From a virus (taxonomy: Duplodnaviria; Caudoviricetes), in the IMG/VR virus record IMGVR_UViG_3300032007_000058, positions 21,941 through 85,940 of that record: DNA of 64,000 nt; one strand, 5' to 3'. Both the position numbers and the translations under genes were made by a program. The notes beneath the pieces are model-generated. The model did not search any database and had not been told where the DNA came from. It saw only the letters and a list, made by a program, of their open reading frames with translations. This document shows positions 15,816 through 24,641 of this stretch, piece by piece; position 1 is the first letter of the stretch, and each line of letters opens with the position of its first letter.

Positions 15816-16439
15816 TCACTCCACCATAGGCAAGTCTCCAAAGATGGGCGGATAGAGATCTTTCAGCTTTGCTCCTACGAGCCCCATGACCTCGCGGATA
15901 GCGGGATCGGCGGCGGGGTTGATCCAGCGCTCCTTGAGGATATGCCGCCAGGCGCGAAGGTTGGCTGTCATGCCCAGCTTGGTAGCGGCGCAGTTGGGAA
16001 GCACCGAGCGGGCCTGTTGGGGCTTTACGCCGCTGGCAATCATGGCGTTGTAGATTTCCGCTGTTTTCCAGACTATGGACTTCCACCCAATAAAAGCCTC
16101 GTTGTCTAAGGCCGGGATGGGCGCAATAACCTGAAGGGCAGATTTGGACAAGTCCACGTAACGCTGAGATTGCTGAGAATAGGCTACGCCCACGCGGTGC
16201 CTGACGATCTGGTGCGATATCGACCGGGGTACGGTGAGCATGAAGGAGACGCAGACGTGCTCGATGACGCTCTCATGCCCGGATTGGACGAGCTTGCGGA
16301 TGAATGCATCACGGGCCTCTTTCGTCTCGGACATAGGGCTGTCGTAGCAGGTCCGGGCCATCGTCTCGATCTTCGTAAGGTCCGCGTCAGGGTCGACGGG
16401 GCCGATGAGCTGTGCGGCCATAGGGATGATCTCTATCAT
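15816..16439 (-). CDS. thyX: FAD-dependent thymidylate synthase ThyX
   Basis: GHESVIEH, RSISHQIVRHRVGVAYSQQSQRYV (RHR-x7-S), ARSVLP, NLRAWRH. Confidence 0.95.
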   Translation of the reverse strand: MIEIIPMAAQLIGPVDPDADLTKIETMARTCYDSPMSETKEARDAFIRKLVQSGHESVIEHVCVSFMLTVPRSISHQIVRHRVGVAYSQQSQRYVDLSKSALQVIAPIPALDNEAFIGWKSIVWKTAEIYNAMIASGVKPQQARSVLPNCAATKLGMTANLRAWRHILKERWINPAADPAIREVMGLVGAKLKDLYPPIFGDLPMVE

Positions 16440-16650
16440 GGTGTATCGCCTCCTTATATGGTATTATATTAGCAGCATAAGAGATAGGCTAGTAACGCTC
16501 GCTCGTGAAGGGATAAGGCTGGGTCCCCGGATGGGGGTAGGCGGAAGCGCCAAGGAGCCCATGCCCCTAGGGCGAGGAAGAGCCGAGATGATGTCTACCT
16601 GCTCCGGGCATCGCAGGCCGCCTATCCTTTGCCCCATTAATAAAGCATAG

Positions 16651-16835
16651 CCCCGTCCCTCGATAGAGGGGACGGGGCCGTCTTTTTAGAACATCCTTTC
16701 TTACTTATCTCAGGGAAAGAAGAAAGCCTCAGCCCCTCTCGACGTAGGCAGGGGGCGGCTCTTTAGGATATCCTTTCTTACTTCCCTTGAGGGAAGGAAG
16801 AAGATTCCCGCGCCTGTCGAGGGGGGCCGTCTCTT
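16651..16835 (-). repeat. three degenerate tandem terminator-like units, ~70-bp period
   Basis: Each unit is a GC hairpin with a TCGA core plus a pyrimidine/purine tract; ATCCTTTCTTACTT occurs twice; a related unit lies at ~17815-17855. Confidence 0.55.
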
Positions 16836-16950
16836 TCTGCAAGCATGGCCGGATCCCCCTCCATTGCAGAGAGACCTTGGGATAAAGTGGAGCCCCTATC
16901 CAGCCGTGGACGGGGGCTCCTGCTATCTGCGATCTGGAGTTGCAGAAAGG

Positions 16951-17676
16951 CTACGCGCCTTCCTTGTACTTCTTCACTGCCCGATAGACCTGTAGCTTGT
17001 TATAGAGGTCTTCGCGGTGCATGGCCTTTATGTCGGCATCCCACTCCTCATCGCTGCGCGTATCCATGACCCCGAGATCCGCCATGACATCATCGGCGCT
17101 CTTTAGGTGCTCCTTCCGTGCGTCCGGCGGGAGCTCCATGATCTTGTCCAGCTCCTTTCCCCGCCGTTCCAGTTCGTCCCGTTCCACCTCCATGTCAGCC
17201 TCTTCCATTCCCCAGAACGTCATCTCGTAGAGCAATGCCGCTAAGAGCTCGGCAGATCCCACGTCCTGGACGTTCCCATCGTCGAGATCGTATCCCATCA
17301 GCTCATCCCAAGATATGAAGTCGATAGCCCACGAGGTGGGGACGGACTTCATATATAGCAGGCGTTCTACGTCATCGTCGAAGAGGGCGGCGATATCCTC
17401 GATGCCGTCCATCTCAGGCATAGGGGCGAAGTCGTCTCTGATATCTTTCTTGGAGAATAGAGATACATCAGTCACGTATCTTCCATCGTACAGATATCGA
17501 TGCCCCAGGATGATATGCTGTCCGTCAGGCGCTATCGCCCGTCCCCTCAGATCCTCGATGAGGGATTGATAGCTATCGCGGGCAAGCCCCCTATCATCGA
17601 ACGCGCTATCACGGGCAGCTAGGGCCGCTAAGATGTCATCCATAGGGCAATTTTTCAGCAGGTCGCTGACGTTCAT
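16951..17676 (-). CDS. acidic protein resembling DUF6557
   Basis: WAIDFISWDELMG...ELLAALLYEMTFWG recalled as the DUF6557 pattern; GAGG RBS. Confidence 0.6.
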   Translation of the reverse strand: MNVSDLLKNCPMDDILAALAARDSAFDDRGLARDSYQSLIEDLRGRAIAPDGQHIILGHRYLYDGRYVTDVSLFSKKDIRDDFAPMPEMDGIEDIAALFDDDVERLLYMKSVPTSWAIDFISWDELMGYDLDDGNVQDVGSAELLAALLYEMTFWGMEEADMEVERDELERRGKELDKIMELPPDARKEHLKSADDVMADLGVMDTRSDEEWDADIKAMHREDLYNKLQVYRAVKKYKEGA

Positions 17677-17953
17677 CTCGAATGCCTCCTTATATCTAAA
17701 AGAGCATGATCTACCTTCCCGATGGAAAAGGGAATATGACCTTAGTCATAGACTGTATCTCCCTTTCCCTGTATATGACTTGTTCGAGGAAAGAAAGTGA
17801 GGAAAGGGGACGAGGAAAGAAGATCCCCGCGCCTCTACAGCGCGGGGGGCCGTCCAGACACAGCCGAACGGGGATCTCGATCTTGGTCCCCGCGCCAGTC
17901 TTTCGACCAGACCCCTTCAAAGAAGGGGCGAGCTCCGCAGGGATGCGTGAGTA

Positions 17954-18511
17954 TTATAGCATATCGAAGGGGACCGCGATGTTCCAGGGGATGTAACGCA
18001 GATCTCTCTGTTTGGCGATCCGGCCAAGGTCCACGATGTCCAAGGTCCCCGCTAGGATGACGGATAGGAAGGTCGGGGCCCCGTCTGCGTCCCTCTGGAT
18101 ATGTCCCATCCTGAGCATCGCCAGCAGATCTAGGAAGGGCTGATGCACCGTTTCGTCGTCTGCCCCGTCGAGGATCAGGACGATGGGGATAGGGGACGCG
18201 GCGCACCATCGGCGCAAGGTCTGGAACATCTCCATAAGGTCGGACTGGCGCTCTATACAGTCCCGCAACTGCCCCGCTATATCTTCCGGGACGTCTGCCC
18301 CTTGGAGGATAAGGCGAGAGATGGCTTGGGCGAAGGCCGTTTCTTCCTGTAGGCTATCGGAGGGGATGGACTGGAGATCGATAGACAGGATAAGGCAGGC
18401 GGCCCCCAGGGACTTAGAGAGGGCCGCCGTGACGTGCTGTCTTGGGGCGCGGATGATGAGGTATTGTCCTTCCTTTACCATCTCCTCGATATGGGGCAAG
18501 GTCTTTTCCAT
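17954..18511 (-). CDS. N-terminal fragment of an AAA_35-like ATPase with destroyed Walker motifs
   Basis: YLIIRAPRQHVTAAL where the family has YF.I..PRQYGKTT; LILDGAD for Walker B; downstream FLDLLA.LR, PTFLSVILAG..D and PWNIA..F retained; C-terminal half absent. Confidence 0.7.
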   Translation of the reverse strand: MEKTLPHIEEMVKEGQYLIIRAPRQHVTAALSKSLGAACLILSIDLQSIPSDSLQEETAFAQAISRLILQGADVPEDIAGQLRDCIERQSDLMEMFQTLRRWCAASPIPIVLILDGADDETVHQPFLDLLAMLRMGHIQRDADGAPTFLSVILAGTLDIVDLGRIAKQRDLRYIPWNIAVPFDML

Positions 18512-18514
18512 AGT

Positions 18515-19045
18515 TCAAAAAATAGTAGACTCTTTCCTAAATAGCGACGAGGCCGAAGTAAGAAGATCCCTTAAGCTAAGGCCGGATGTATTCCCTATAG
18601 GCGATCTCTGAGAAGAAGATTGTCTAAGCAACGCATAGATGAAATGAAGGAAGGATCGAGTATGATAGGCAGCATAGATGCAGTTTAACATATCGTTGAC
18701 GACTCCCTTCAAAGGGGCTGGCAATCCTTCTAAAAAAGATATCGCATTTTGCTTAGAGTTAAGGATAGGAGAGGAAAAAGTCAAGTTGAATAACGTCTCC
18801 CTATCTAGCTTTTCTAGAGGGAGTTTGCCATCCACATAAGGATAAAAACGGCTTAAAAACCTTTCAAGAGGCTTCAAGTCGTTCTTCCCCTCCATATCGT
18901 ATCGCTGCGCTTTATGGACTAAAGCAACAAGGATAGTTATAGCCCGTGAATAAAAATAGAACTTCAGAGCCTGAAAATATCCCACAGCGCGTGTGATGAT
19001 CATCGTTACTAGCAAGAGTACGACAATATAGGAGAGACCGTTCAT
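18515..19045 (-). CDS. membrane-anchored hypothetical protein, AT-rich
   Basis: N-terminal hydrophobic segments; start overlaps the upstream stop. Confidence 0.7.
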   Translation of the reverse strand: MNGLSYIVVLLLVTMIITRAVGYFQALKFYFYSRAITILVALVHKAQRYDMEGKNDLKPLERFLSRFYPYVDGKLPLEKLDRETLFNLTFSSPILNSKQNAISFLEGLPAPLKGVVNDMLNCIYAAYHTRSFLHFIYALLRQSSSQRSPIGNTSGLSLRDLLTSASSLFRKESTIF

Positions 19046-19392
19046 TCCTTTTCACCTTCTTTTATGCCCACATCCTCTTTATTATAAGAAAAATGCTCTA
19101 GCTCCAGAAGTGCCATTTTTACACATTCCTTGATATCGTCTCGCCTTTCTTGAGTTGATCTAAGCAAGACTAGCTCGTAGAAATGGCGACTTGATAGAAA
19201 TATCGACCTTACAACAAAAGCTATCATTACCGCTATGATGATACCCGGAATCACCCACGGACCATAGGGTGTTTTTGTTAATTCCAGAATGATTTTGCCT
19301 ATCCCCTCAAGAAAGGATGTCCAGCTTATAGCTAACCCTACCATCAACCCTAACAAGAAGAAGAAAGAGGATTTAAGGAAACGTGTCTTCAT
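19042..19392 (-). CDS. two-TM hypothetical membrane protein, AT-rich
   Basis: FFFLLGLMVGLAISW and WVIPGIIIAVMIAFVV hydrophobic helices; GGAG RBS. Confidence 0.7.
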   Translation of the reverse strand: MKTRFLKSSFFFLLGLMVGLAISWTSFLEGIGKIILELTKTPYGPWVIPGIIIAVMIAFVVRSIFLSSRHFYELVLLRSTQERRDDIKECVKMALLELEHFSYNKEDVGIKEGEKE

Positions 19393-19520
19393 TCTCTCTC
19401 ACCATCTCCTCGATAGTGGCGGGACCTCTCTGTCCCATCTACCTAGCCCCTGTCTTGTGTCGTGTCCACTTTACGCAAGCCGGTTTGTGTAAAGTAAAAC
19501 GAGATCTGCTTTACACAAGC

Positions 19521-20084
19521 CTATCGCTGCCACATTCCCCTCTCCCCTTCCCGTGCGTCGCGTTCGAGGTAGACGAATAGGTTCGCGTAACGGGCATTGG
19601 GCTGGATGGTCATGACCTGCCCGTACCCCTCGCTCAGGATGCGTGCGTTGAGCATCTTATCCATGACCTCCCCTTCATCGTCTAAGTCCTCCGGTTCTTC
19701 TAGCCAGACGTAGGCCAGGAGGCGGCGATACCTGTCTCGGATCCCGACGTCGGTCTGTAGCCAGACCTCGCGATATGGGGGGAGTGCCGCTTCGGTGTAT
19801 GCGCTGGCTTCGGGACCGTAGTACTGGACATCCTTCTGGGGGTGGACCGTCTCAGGCGTATCCACCCCAAGAAAACGGACGCGCTCTCGTACATCATGCC
19901 CCTCATCGAGATGGACGAGGAAGATACAGGTATCCCCGTCGACCACGCGCTGGACCTCCGCCCTATAGAGTGTGTTAGGGCGAAATTCGGGGAGCGGGGC
20001 GGCGAGGGATGGGGCGGGGAGAGATAGGGCTAGGACCGTAAGAGAAACGGCCAAAACTAAAAACACGTAGGGCCATCTTCTCAT
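19521..20084 (-). CDS. secreted thermonuclease (SNase family)
   Basis: RVVDGDT, RVRFLGVDTPET, DRYRRLLAYVW, AR..ERGMW; Sec-type signal MRRWPYVFLVLAVSLTVLALSLPAPSLA. Confidence 0.92.
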   Translation of the reverse strand: MRRWPYVFLVLAVSLTVLALSLPAPSLAAPLPEFRPNTLYRAEVQRVVDGDTCIFLVHLDEGHDVRERVRFLGVDTPETVHPQKDVQYYGPEASAYTEAALPPYREVWLQTDVGIRDRYRRLLAYVWLEEPEDLDDEGEVMDKMLNARILSEGYGQVMTIQPNARYANLFVYLERDAREGERGMWQR

Positions 20085-20104
20085 CGATATCTCTCCCTTC
20101 AATA

Positions 20105-21238
20105 TCACGCATCTGTATCGTTATGGGGGCTCTCTTCCTCCACTACGTCGGGCTCCTTCATATCGGCTAAGGCGGCTCCCTTGTCGCTTAGGAGCCCATC
20201 TATCCGGGATAAGAGTTCATCCGCATGGGAATAGATATCATCCAAGGTCTTGATGGCTACTTTGCTCTCGCCTATCCCAAGGTACTTATTAGCCGTACTG
20301 AAGTAGAGGCGGCAAATGACTTTCATCCTGCTATTATCGAGGAGGACGTTGCAATAGGTCTGGGTCTCACGCACGGATAGCCGCGAGACGTCGAGCTTTA
20401 CGCGCAGTATCGCCTTGATGATGCTGAACGCATCGAGCTCTTCCTGAGAGGGCTCGGTCTTGACCTGTCCCTCAGCGTTCTCCTCGGGCGGCGTAGCCGC
20501 TTCTGCGGGATTCGTGGATGCCTGCTCCTCGGAGAGCGCAGAGGCCAGGCGGTCACTGACCCTATCGCTGATGAACTGCGTCAGGGCCTTCTTGGTGATG
20601 ACCTTGAATTTCTCTCGGGTATTTTCTGTCAGGCGTCCGTTGAATACCTGTGAGGCCATATGGCGCACGAAATCCTCCGACGGCTCGGCGAGCTGTTCCA
20701 TGAGGTAGAGCTTCATTGCCCCCGTGTACTTTAGCTCAGACGCGGTAGAGGTTATCTCCTCGATCGTGAATGCCGTCTTAGTGAATTTCTTTAACTCGCG
20801 TACGATCTGCTCGCTGATATTGCAGATCGAGAACTGGAGGAAAGGCTTTTGGTCCATGATATTGGCCTGGTCCAGATCGGTGTAGAAACGGTATTCATGT
20901 CCGTTCGTTAGGATCCCGATCGTCGCCGGGGTGGTATTGAAGTACCGAAGGAGCTGCCCTTCTTTGGAGACGTCGAGCGCGTCGCCGCTCCATTTCGCCT
21001 CGATGAGCATGATAGGCTTGCCATCCTTCAAAATGGCGTAGTCTACCTTTTCCCCTTTTTTCGTCCCCACATCAGCCGTGAACTCCGGGACGACTTCGGT
21101 GGGGTCAAAGACGTTGTACCCAAGGGCGCTGATGAAAGGAAGGATGAGCGCGGTCTTAGTGGCCTCTTCCGTCTGGATCATGTCCTTGCGTTCCGAATAG
21201 ACCTTTGCCAACTGCTGGATCTGCTCGATCAATTCCAT
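20105..21238 (-). CDS. HsdR_N-domain (type I restriction enzyme N-terminal PD-(D/E)XK) protein
   Basis: TEEATKTALILPFISALGY, EVVPEF..DVGTKKGEKVDYAI, MLIEAK; no helicase motifs. Confidence 0.88.
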   Translation of the reverse strand: MELIEQIQQLAKVYSERKDMIQTEEATKTALILPFISALGYNVFDPTEVVPEFTADVGTKKGEKVDYAILKDGKPIMLIEAKWSGDALDVSKEGQLLRYFNTTPATIGILTNGHEYRFYTDLDQANIMDQKPFLQFSICNISEQIVRELKKFTKTAFTIEEITSTASELKYTGAMKLYLMEQLAEPSEDFVRHMASQVFNGRLTENTREKFKVITKKALTQFISDRVSDRLASALSEEQASTNPAEAATPPEENAEGQVKTEPSQEELDAFSIIKAILRVKLDVSRLSVRETQTYCNVLLDNSRMKVICRLYFSTANKYLGIGESKVAIKTLDDIYSHADELLSRIDGLLSDKGAALADMKEPDVVEEESPHNDTDA

Positions 21239-21327
21239 GTCGATGACGCTCCTTTCATGTGTAGAACGGGCCTTTATCGAGGGGAGGAGACATTATCTCG
21301 GACGCCTCGACGCTCACATCCTAATGG

Positions 21328-21930
21328 TTATCCGTAGATAGAAGACCGATGGATGAAATCAGGTACGACCCCTAGCATCTTTCCAAGGAGACAAAGGTCG
21401 TCGAGATCATCGTTGGGAACAAAGATATCGTCATAATCCTTGTTGGACGCGTGGAGGCGGATCCCATCTTTCTCAAAGATCACACCGCGCAGGAGCATCT
21501 TTCCTTTATAAAGAAAGATCCCTATGTCCCCGTTGTTGGGGCGGATATCCGCGATAAGGATCTTATTCCCGCTATAGACGAATGGCTCCATACTATCCCC
21601 TTCAGAGGTGATGATATGATACCCGCCATCGCCGACCTGCCATGAATACCCCATAAGAACTTTCTTCTCGATCGGCCATGCCCCTATCTCTTGCCATATG
21701 ACCTCATCTGGATAGATATTACCTGGGCCACAACATACCTTGACCTCGGTCGAGACTATGGGCACCAATCCCATCTCGTCGTCAGCGAGGCGGACGTTGG
21801 ATTCAAAACTTGGCTCCGGTCTTGCGGTCGTAGCATGGGATAGCTGTCCCTGCCCTGTTTCGTTGGACTCGCCGCTTAGATAGGCAATAGAAGTATTCAA
21901 GATATTGGCGATCTCACGTGTGAGTTCCAT
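21328..21930 (-). CDS. CI-like repressor (S24 peptidase domain) lacking most of its N-terminal HTH
   Basis: CCG.G cleavage-site region, GDSMEP serine motif, LHASNKDY; the upstream RWESGERVPD HTH remnant is cut by an in-frame TAG at 21961-21963. Confidence 0.8.
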   Translation of the reverse strand: MELTREIANILNTSIAYLSGESNETGQGQLSHATTARPEPSFESNVRLADDEMGLVPIVSTEVKVCCGPGNIYPDEVIWQEIGAWPIEKKVLMGYSWQVGDGGYHIITSEGDSMEPFVYSGNKILIADIRPNNGDIGIFLYKGKMLLRGVIFEKDGIRLHASNKDYDDIFVPNDDLDDLCLLGKMLGVVPDFIHRSSIYG

Positions 21931-21989
21931 ATCAGGGACACGCTCTCCTGACTCCCAACGCTACAGTCATAAAAAGTATAGATTCCCTC

Positions 21990-22017
21990 TTGACTAGACT
22001 GTTTGGTCTTATATAAT
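21990..22017 (+). promoter_or_regulatory. rightward early (PR-like) promoter
   Basis: TTGACT 21990-21995, 16 bp, TATAAT 22012-22017; GACTGT/ACAGTC/GACAGT half-site-like motifs nearby. Confidence 0.7.
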
Positions 22018-22045
22018 TATGACAGTTTATGCTTTGTAGGACCTA

Positions 22046-22537
22046 ATGGACCTAAAGGGAGTGATCAAGGTGCAGAGAGGAGGCGTATTTCAAAGACGGC
22101 TCCGGGGATTGAGAAAAAAAATGGGACTGACCCAGGAAGACCTGGGGAGGCTTGTAATGGTCTCAGTCAAGACTATCCAACGATGGGAGGATGGGACTCG
22201 CTCCCCGCGTGCGGATGAGCTCACGAGGCTAGCCGTCGTTCTGAATGTCCCCGAAATAGCGTTTTTTGAGGGGGCTAATGAAGGTATAAAAGAATTCAAG
22301 CTAATTCTCGACAAGGAGGGGGAGTGTTCTTTGGATATGGTGAACATGAGCGCTACGGCGCCCGATGCGAAGGTAATGGTCGTCAGTGGGGATCGCATCG
22401 CGATCCAGACAAACTTAAAGACGGTGGGGATGACGAAGGACGCCGCGTACAAGGCGATGATCGAGACATTCAACGAGACATTCGAAGACGCCTGGGCGCA
22501 GCAGGAGAAGTGGCGCGAGAGGAAGTCGCAGGGTTAG
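22046..22537 (+). CDS. Cro-like XRE HTH protein with C-terminal extension (alternative GTG start 22061)
   Basis: RLRGLRKKMGLTQEDLGRLVMVSVKTIQRWEDGTRSP; divergent from the CI-like gene. Confidence 0.9.
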   Translation: MDLKGVIKVQRGGVFQRRLRGLRKKMGLTQEDLGRLVMVSVKTIQRWEDGTRSPRADELTRLAVVLNVPEIAFFEGANEGIKEFKLILDKEGECSLDMVNMSATAPDAKVMVVSGDRIAIQTNLKTVGMTKDAAYKAMIETFNETFEDAWAQQEKWRERKSQG

Positions 22538-22574
22538 TCCCCTGCGCTGACTCGCCCCCTTCAGAGGAGGGGAT

Positions 22575-22922
22575 ATGAGGAGGATCGACATGGAGACAAG
22601 GAAAAGGAGGCGGGCGCTTACCCCTAAGGCGAAAGGGGAGAGGGAGGCGGAGGTATTAGCGCCATTGACACCGCGTCTCCTGACCGATGAAGGGGCAGCG
22701 CGTTATTTAGGGGTCGGTGTGGCTTTGCTCCGACAGATGCGTACCGAAACGCCACTGCGTTTCACGGAGGAGACTTGGGCGGCCGCCCTGGAGAAGAACG
22801 ATATCGCCCCGATCCCCTTCCTGAAGATCGGGCGCTCTATCCGATACGATGTCCGTGCCCTGGACGACTGGATCAGCCGCCAGAGGGTCATCGGGCAACT
22901 ACCACAGGCGAAGGAGGCGTGA
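22575..22922 (+). CDS. excisionase-like HTH protein
   Basis: LLTDEGAARYLGVG and PFLKIGRSIRYDVRALDDWI. Confidence 0.75.
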   Translation: MRRIDMETRKRRRALTPKAKGEREAEVLAPLTPRLLTDEGAARYLGVGVALLRQMRTETPLRFTEETWAAALEKNDIAPIPFLKIGRSIRYDVRALDDWISRQRVIGQLPQAKEA

Positions 22923-22923
22923 T

Positions 22924-23064
22924 ATGTTCGCGTTTTTTAAGAGGTTGCGGGAGCGCCGTCGGGCGCGTCTGAAGGAGCGGGTCCAGAGCATCATCCTCTG
23001 CGACCGGCTGTTATCCTCGGGGACTCTTATGAGGACGTGGCGGAGAAGGGGGGGGCATAGATAG
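22924..23064 (+). CDS. small basic hypothetical protein (46 aa)
   Basis: GGAGG RBS; MFAFFKRLRERRRARLKE; similar in style to 25279..25386. Confidence 0.55.
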   Translation: MFAFFKRLRERRRARLKERVQSIILCDRLLSSGTLMRTWRRRGGHR

Positions 23065-23177
23065 AGCAATAGCCAACGTTGAGACCCAAAGGTCAAATAA
23101 GGCAAGCGCTGAGTCGCGGCTTGGCTAGTCAAGGTATGTCTAGGCAAGTCATGGATCCTGGGAAAGGAGGAGATGGT

Positions 23178-23294
23178 ATGCAGCGCGAGGAGAGAGAGAT
23201 GGACCTGAGCTGGCCGGTCATTTCCGATGAGGCTTCCGAGTCCGACCTGGTGAGAGCCGTCATCCTGGACCAGTTCAGCGAGGAGAGGGAGTAA
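23178..23294 (+). CDS. small hypothetical protein (38 aa)
   Basis: AAAGGAGG RBS. Confidence 0.5.
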   Translation: MQREEREMDLSWPVISDEASESDLVRAVILDQFSEERE

Positions 23295-23297
23295 GGC

Positions 23298-23462
23298 ATG
23301 GCGGAGAAGCGCTACTCCTTGCGTGTCGTCCTAGACAAGGCGACGCATCAGGCCCTTCTGGAAAGGGCTGGGCTGCTCAACAGTACGGTGGAGGAGGAGG
23401 CCTACCACGCGATCAGAGCATCGCTGAGGAGGCGGCTCGTGCGAAAGGAGGACGATAACTGA
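23298..23462 (+). CDS. ribbon-helix-helix-like protein (54 aa)
   Basis: YSLRVVLDKATHQALLERAGLLNSTVEEEAYHAIRASL; translated by hand. Confidence 0.6.
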   Translation: MAEKRYSLRVVLDKATHQALLERAGLLNSTVEEEAYHAIRASLRRRLVRKEDDN

Positions 23463-23824
23463 TGGCCCTCGTACCGGACGCGGCGCTGGCCGCCGAGATC
23501 CGCGCCCTTCGGAAGGAGCCGACCCCGGACCGCCGGACGAAGATCCGGAAGGCGGGGCAGACGCTCCGGTCGGTGCCCCTGGAGGGCGGGCTCGACGAGC
23601 TCCTCCGGGAGCACGAGCGGGCCGCCGTGGCAGTCCTGGTGGCGGGCTCGCTCATCGCGGACCGCTGGAGCCACACGGCGAAAGCCCTGGCCTGGGCCTA
23701 CGCAGTCATGGATCTCTATCGGGACGACGCGCAATTCCCGGAGGCCGTGAGCCCCAGCTTCCACCCCACGTATCTATGGCATTTCATCGAGCCCTTCGCG
23801 CGGATGGCGGGGGAGGAGAAGTGA
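23462..23824 (+). CDS. hypothetical protein (120 aa)
   Basis: TGATG coupling to the upstream gene; GGAGG RBS. Confidence 0.7.
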   Translation: MALVPDAALAAEIRALRKEPTPDRRTKIRKAGQTLRSVPLEGGLDELLREHERAAVAVLVAGSLIADRWSHTAKALAWAYAVMDLYRDDAQFPEAVSPSFHPTYLWHFIEPFARMAGEEK

Positions 23825-23825
23825 C

Positions 23826-23950
23826 GTGATCGCCTGGGACTTCCTGCTACTGTGCGCGTGTTTCTTCATCGAATATGGATGGGACTGATGTGGGTGCTAT
23901 TGGTCGTCGCTATCGTGTGGGTGCTTCTGTTCTATGACGGGAGAAGGTGA
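23826..23950 (+). CDS. two coupled 20-aa hydrophobic micro-ORFs (23826-23888 and 23888-23950)
   Basis: MIAWDFLLLCACFFIEYGWD and MWVLLVVAIVWVLLFYDGRR, joined by TGATG; GGAGG upstream. Confidence 0.4.
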
Positions 23951-24163
23951 ATGTGCATGAGGGGAAAGGGGCGGAAGAAGTTATGGCATATATGCATATC
24001 TTCTTTAAAAGACGAAGATATCGCTAAGCTCAAGGCATTAGCGAAGCAGGAGCATCGGAGCATCTCTAACTTTGTCACGCACATCTTGCTCGAATACCTC
24101 AAGAAGCATAAGAGGCGTTTTGTAGGTGGTGGAGAGGAGGAGAGGGATGAGCTCATCGGATGA
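23951..24163 (+). CDS. ribbon-helix-helix protein
   Basis: ISSLKDEDIAKLKALAKQEHRSISNFVTHILLEYL. Confidence 0.75.
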   Translation: MCMRGKGRKKLWHICISSLKDEDIAKLKALAKQEHRSISNFVTHILLEYLKKHKRRFVGGGEEERDELIG

Positions 24164-24440
24164 GCGTAAGGCGTGGCGGGATTTTGTCGAGGTGTTAGGG
24201 GGCTCCGGCCAGCAGTCGAAGGCAGCGGGCAATAGGCGGAGCTCGTTCGGCCTGCGGGGGTTATCTCCCACCGTCAAGAAGCACAGATTCGAGCCCGGCA
24301 AGAAGTACGTGATCGGAGAGGAGCGGGTGAAGTATCTCCGCAAAGAAGGGGAGCATCACGTTTTCGTCTCCGTGTCGGGTGGCTGGCGGACGAGCTGGAC
24401 GGACATGCAGTTGGCAGGCGAGGAGGTGAGGAATGGATAA
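24147..24440 (+). CDS. hypothetical protein sharing a domain with the C-terminus of 27741..28424
   Basis: H.F..G..Y...LR.E...HVF....GGW...TD.Q pattern in both. Confidence 0.7.
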   Translation: MSSSDERKAWRDFVEVLGGSGQQSKAAGNRRSSFGLRGLSPTVKKHRFEPGKKYVIGEERVKYLRKEGEHHVFVSVSGGWRTSWTDMQLAGEEVRNG

Positions 24441-24477
24441 GTAAGTACACACTAAAGCGAAAGGGGGCGATGGGGCG

Positions 24478-24639
24478 ATGAGGAGGACACGGAAGTACGG
24501 GAGGTCCATCAGCGCCAGGATGGGATACGAGATGGAGCTCTACCTGCGGGCGAAGGCCGAGGCGCGGGGCGAGAGCGTGGGCGAGATGATCCGCCGCGCG
24601 GTCGCTAAGGACATGAGAGAGAAGATGAGGGATGAGTAG
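24478..24639 (+). CDS. ribbon-helix-helix protein (53 aa)
   Basis: RSISARMGYEMELYLRAKAEARGESVGEMIRRAVAKDM; translated by hand. Confidence 0.7.
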   Translation: MRRTRKYGRSISARMGYEMELYLRAKAEARGESVGEMIRRAVAKDMREKMRDE

Positions 24640-24641
24640 GC

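Noticed and set aside
16440-16650. Riboswitch or known ncRNA upstream of thyX
   Set aside because: Pairing potential exists, but I recognise no family motif, and a TATAAT lies immediately before the thyX RBS, leaving no room for a long leader
20105-21238. Type I restriction-modification system
   Set aside because: Only the HsdR N-terminal nuclease domain is present; no helicase motifs and no hsdM/hsdS
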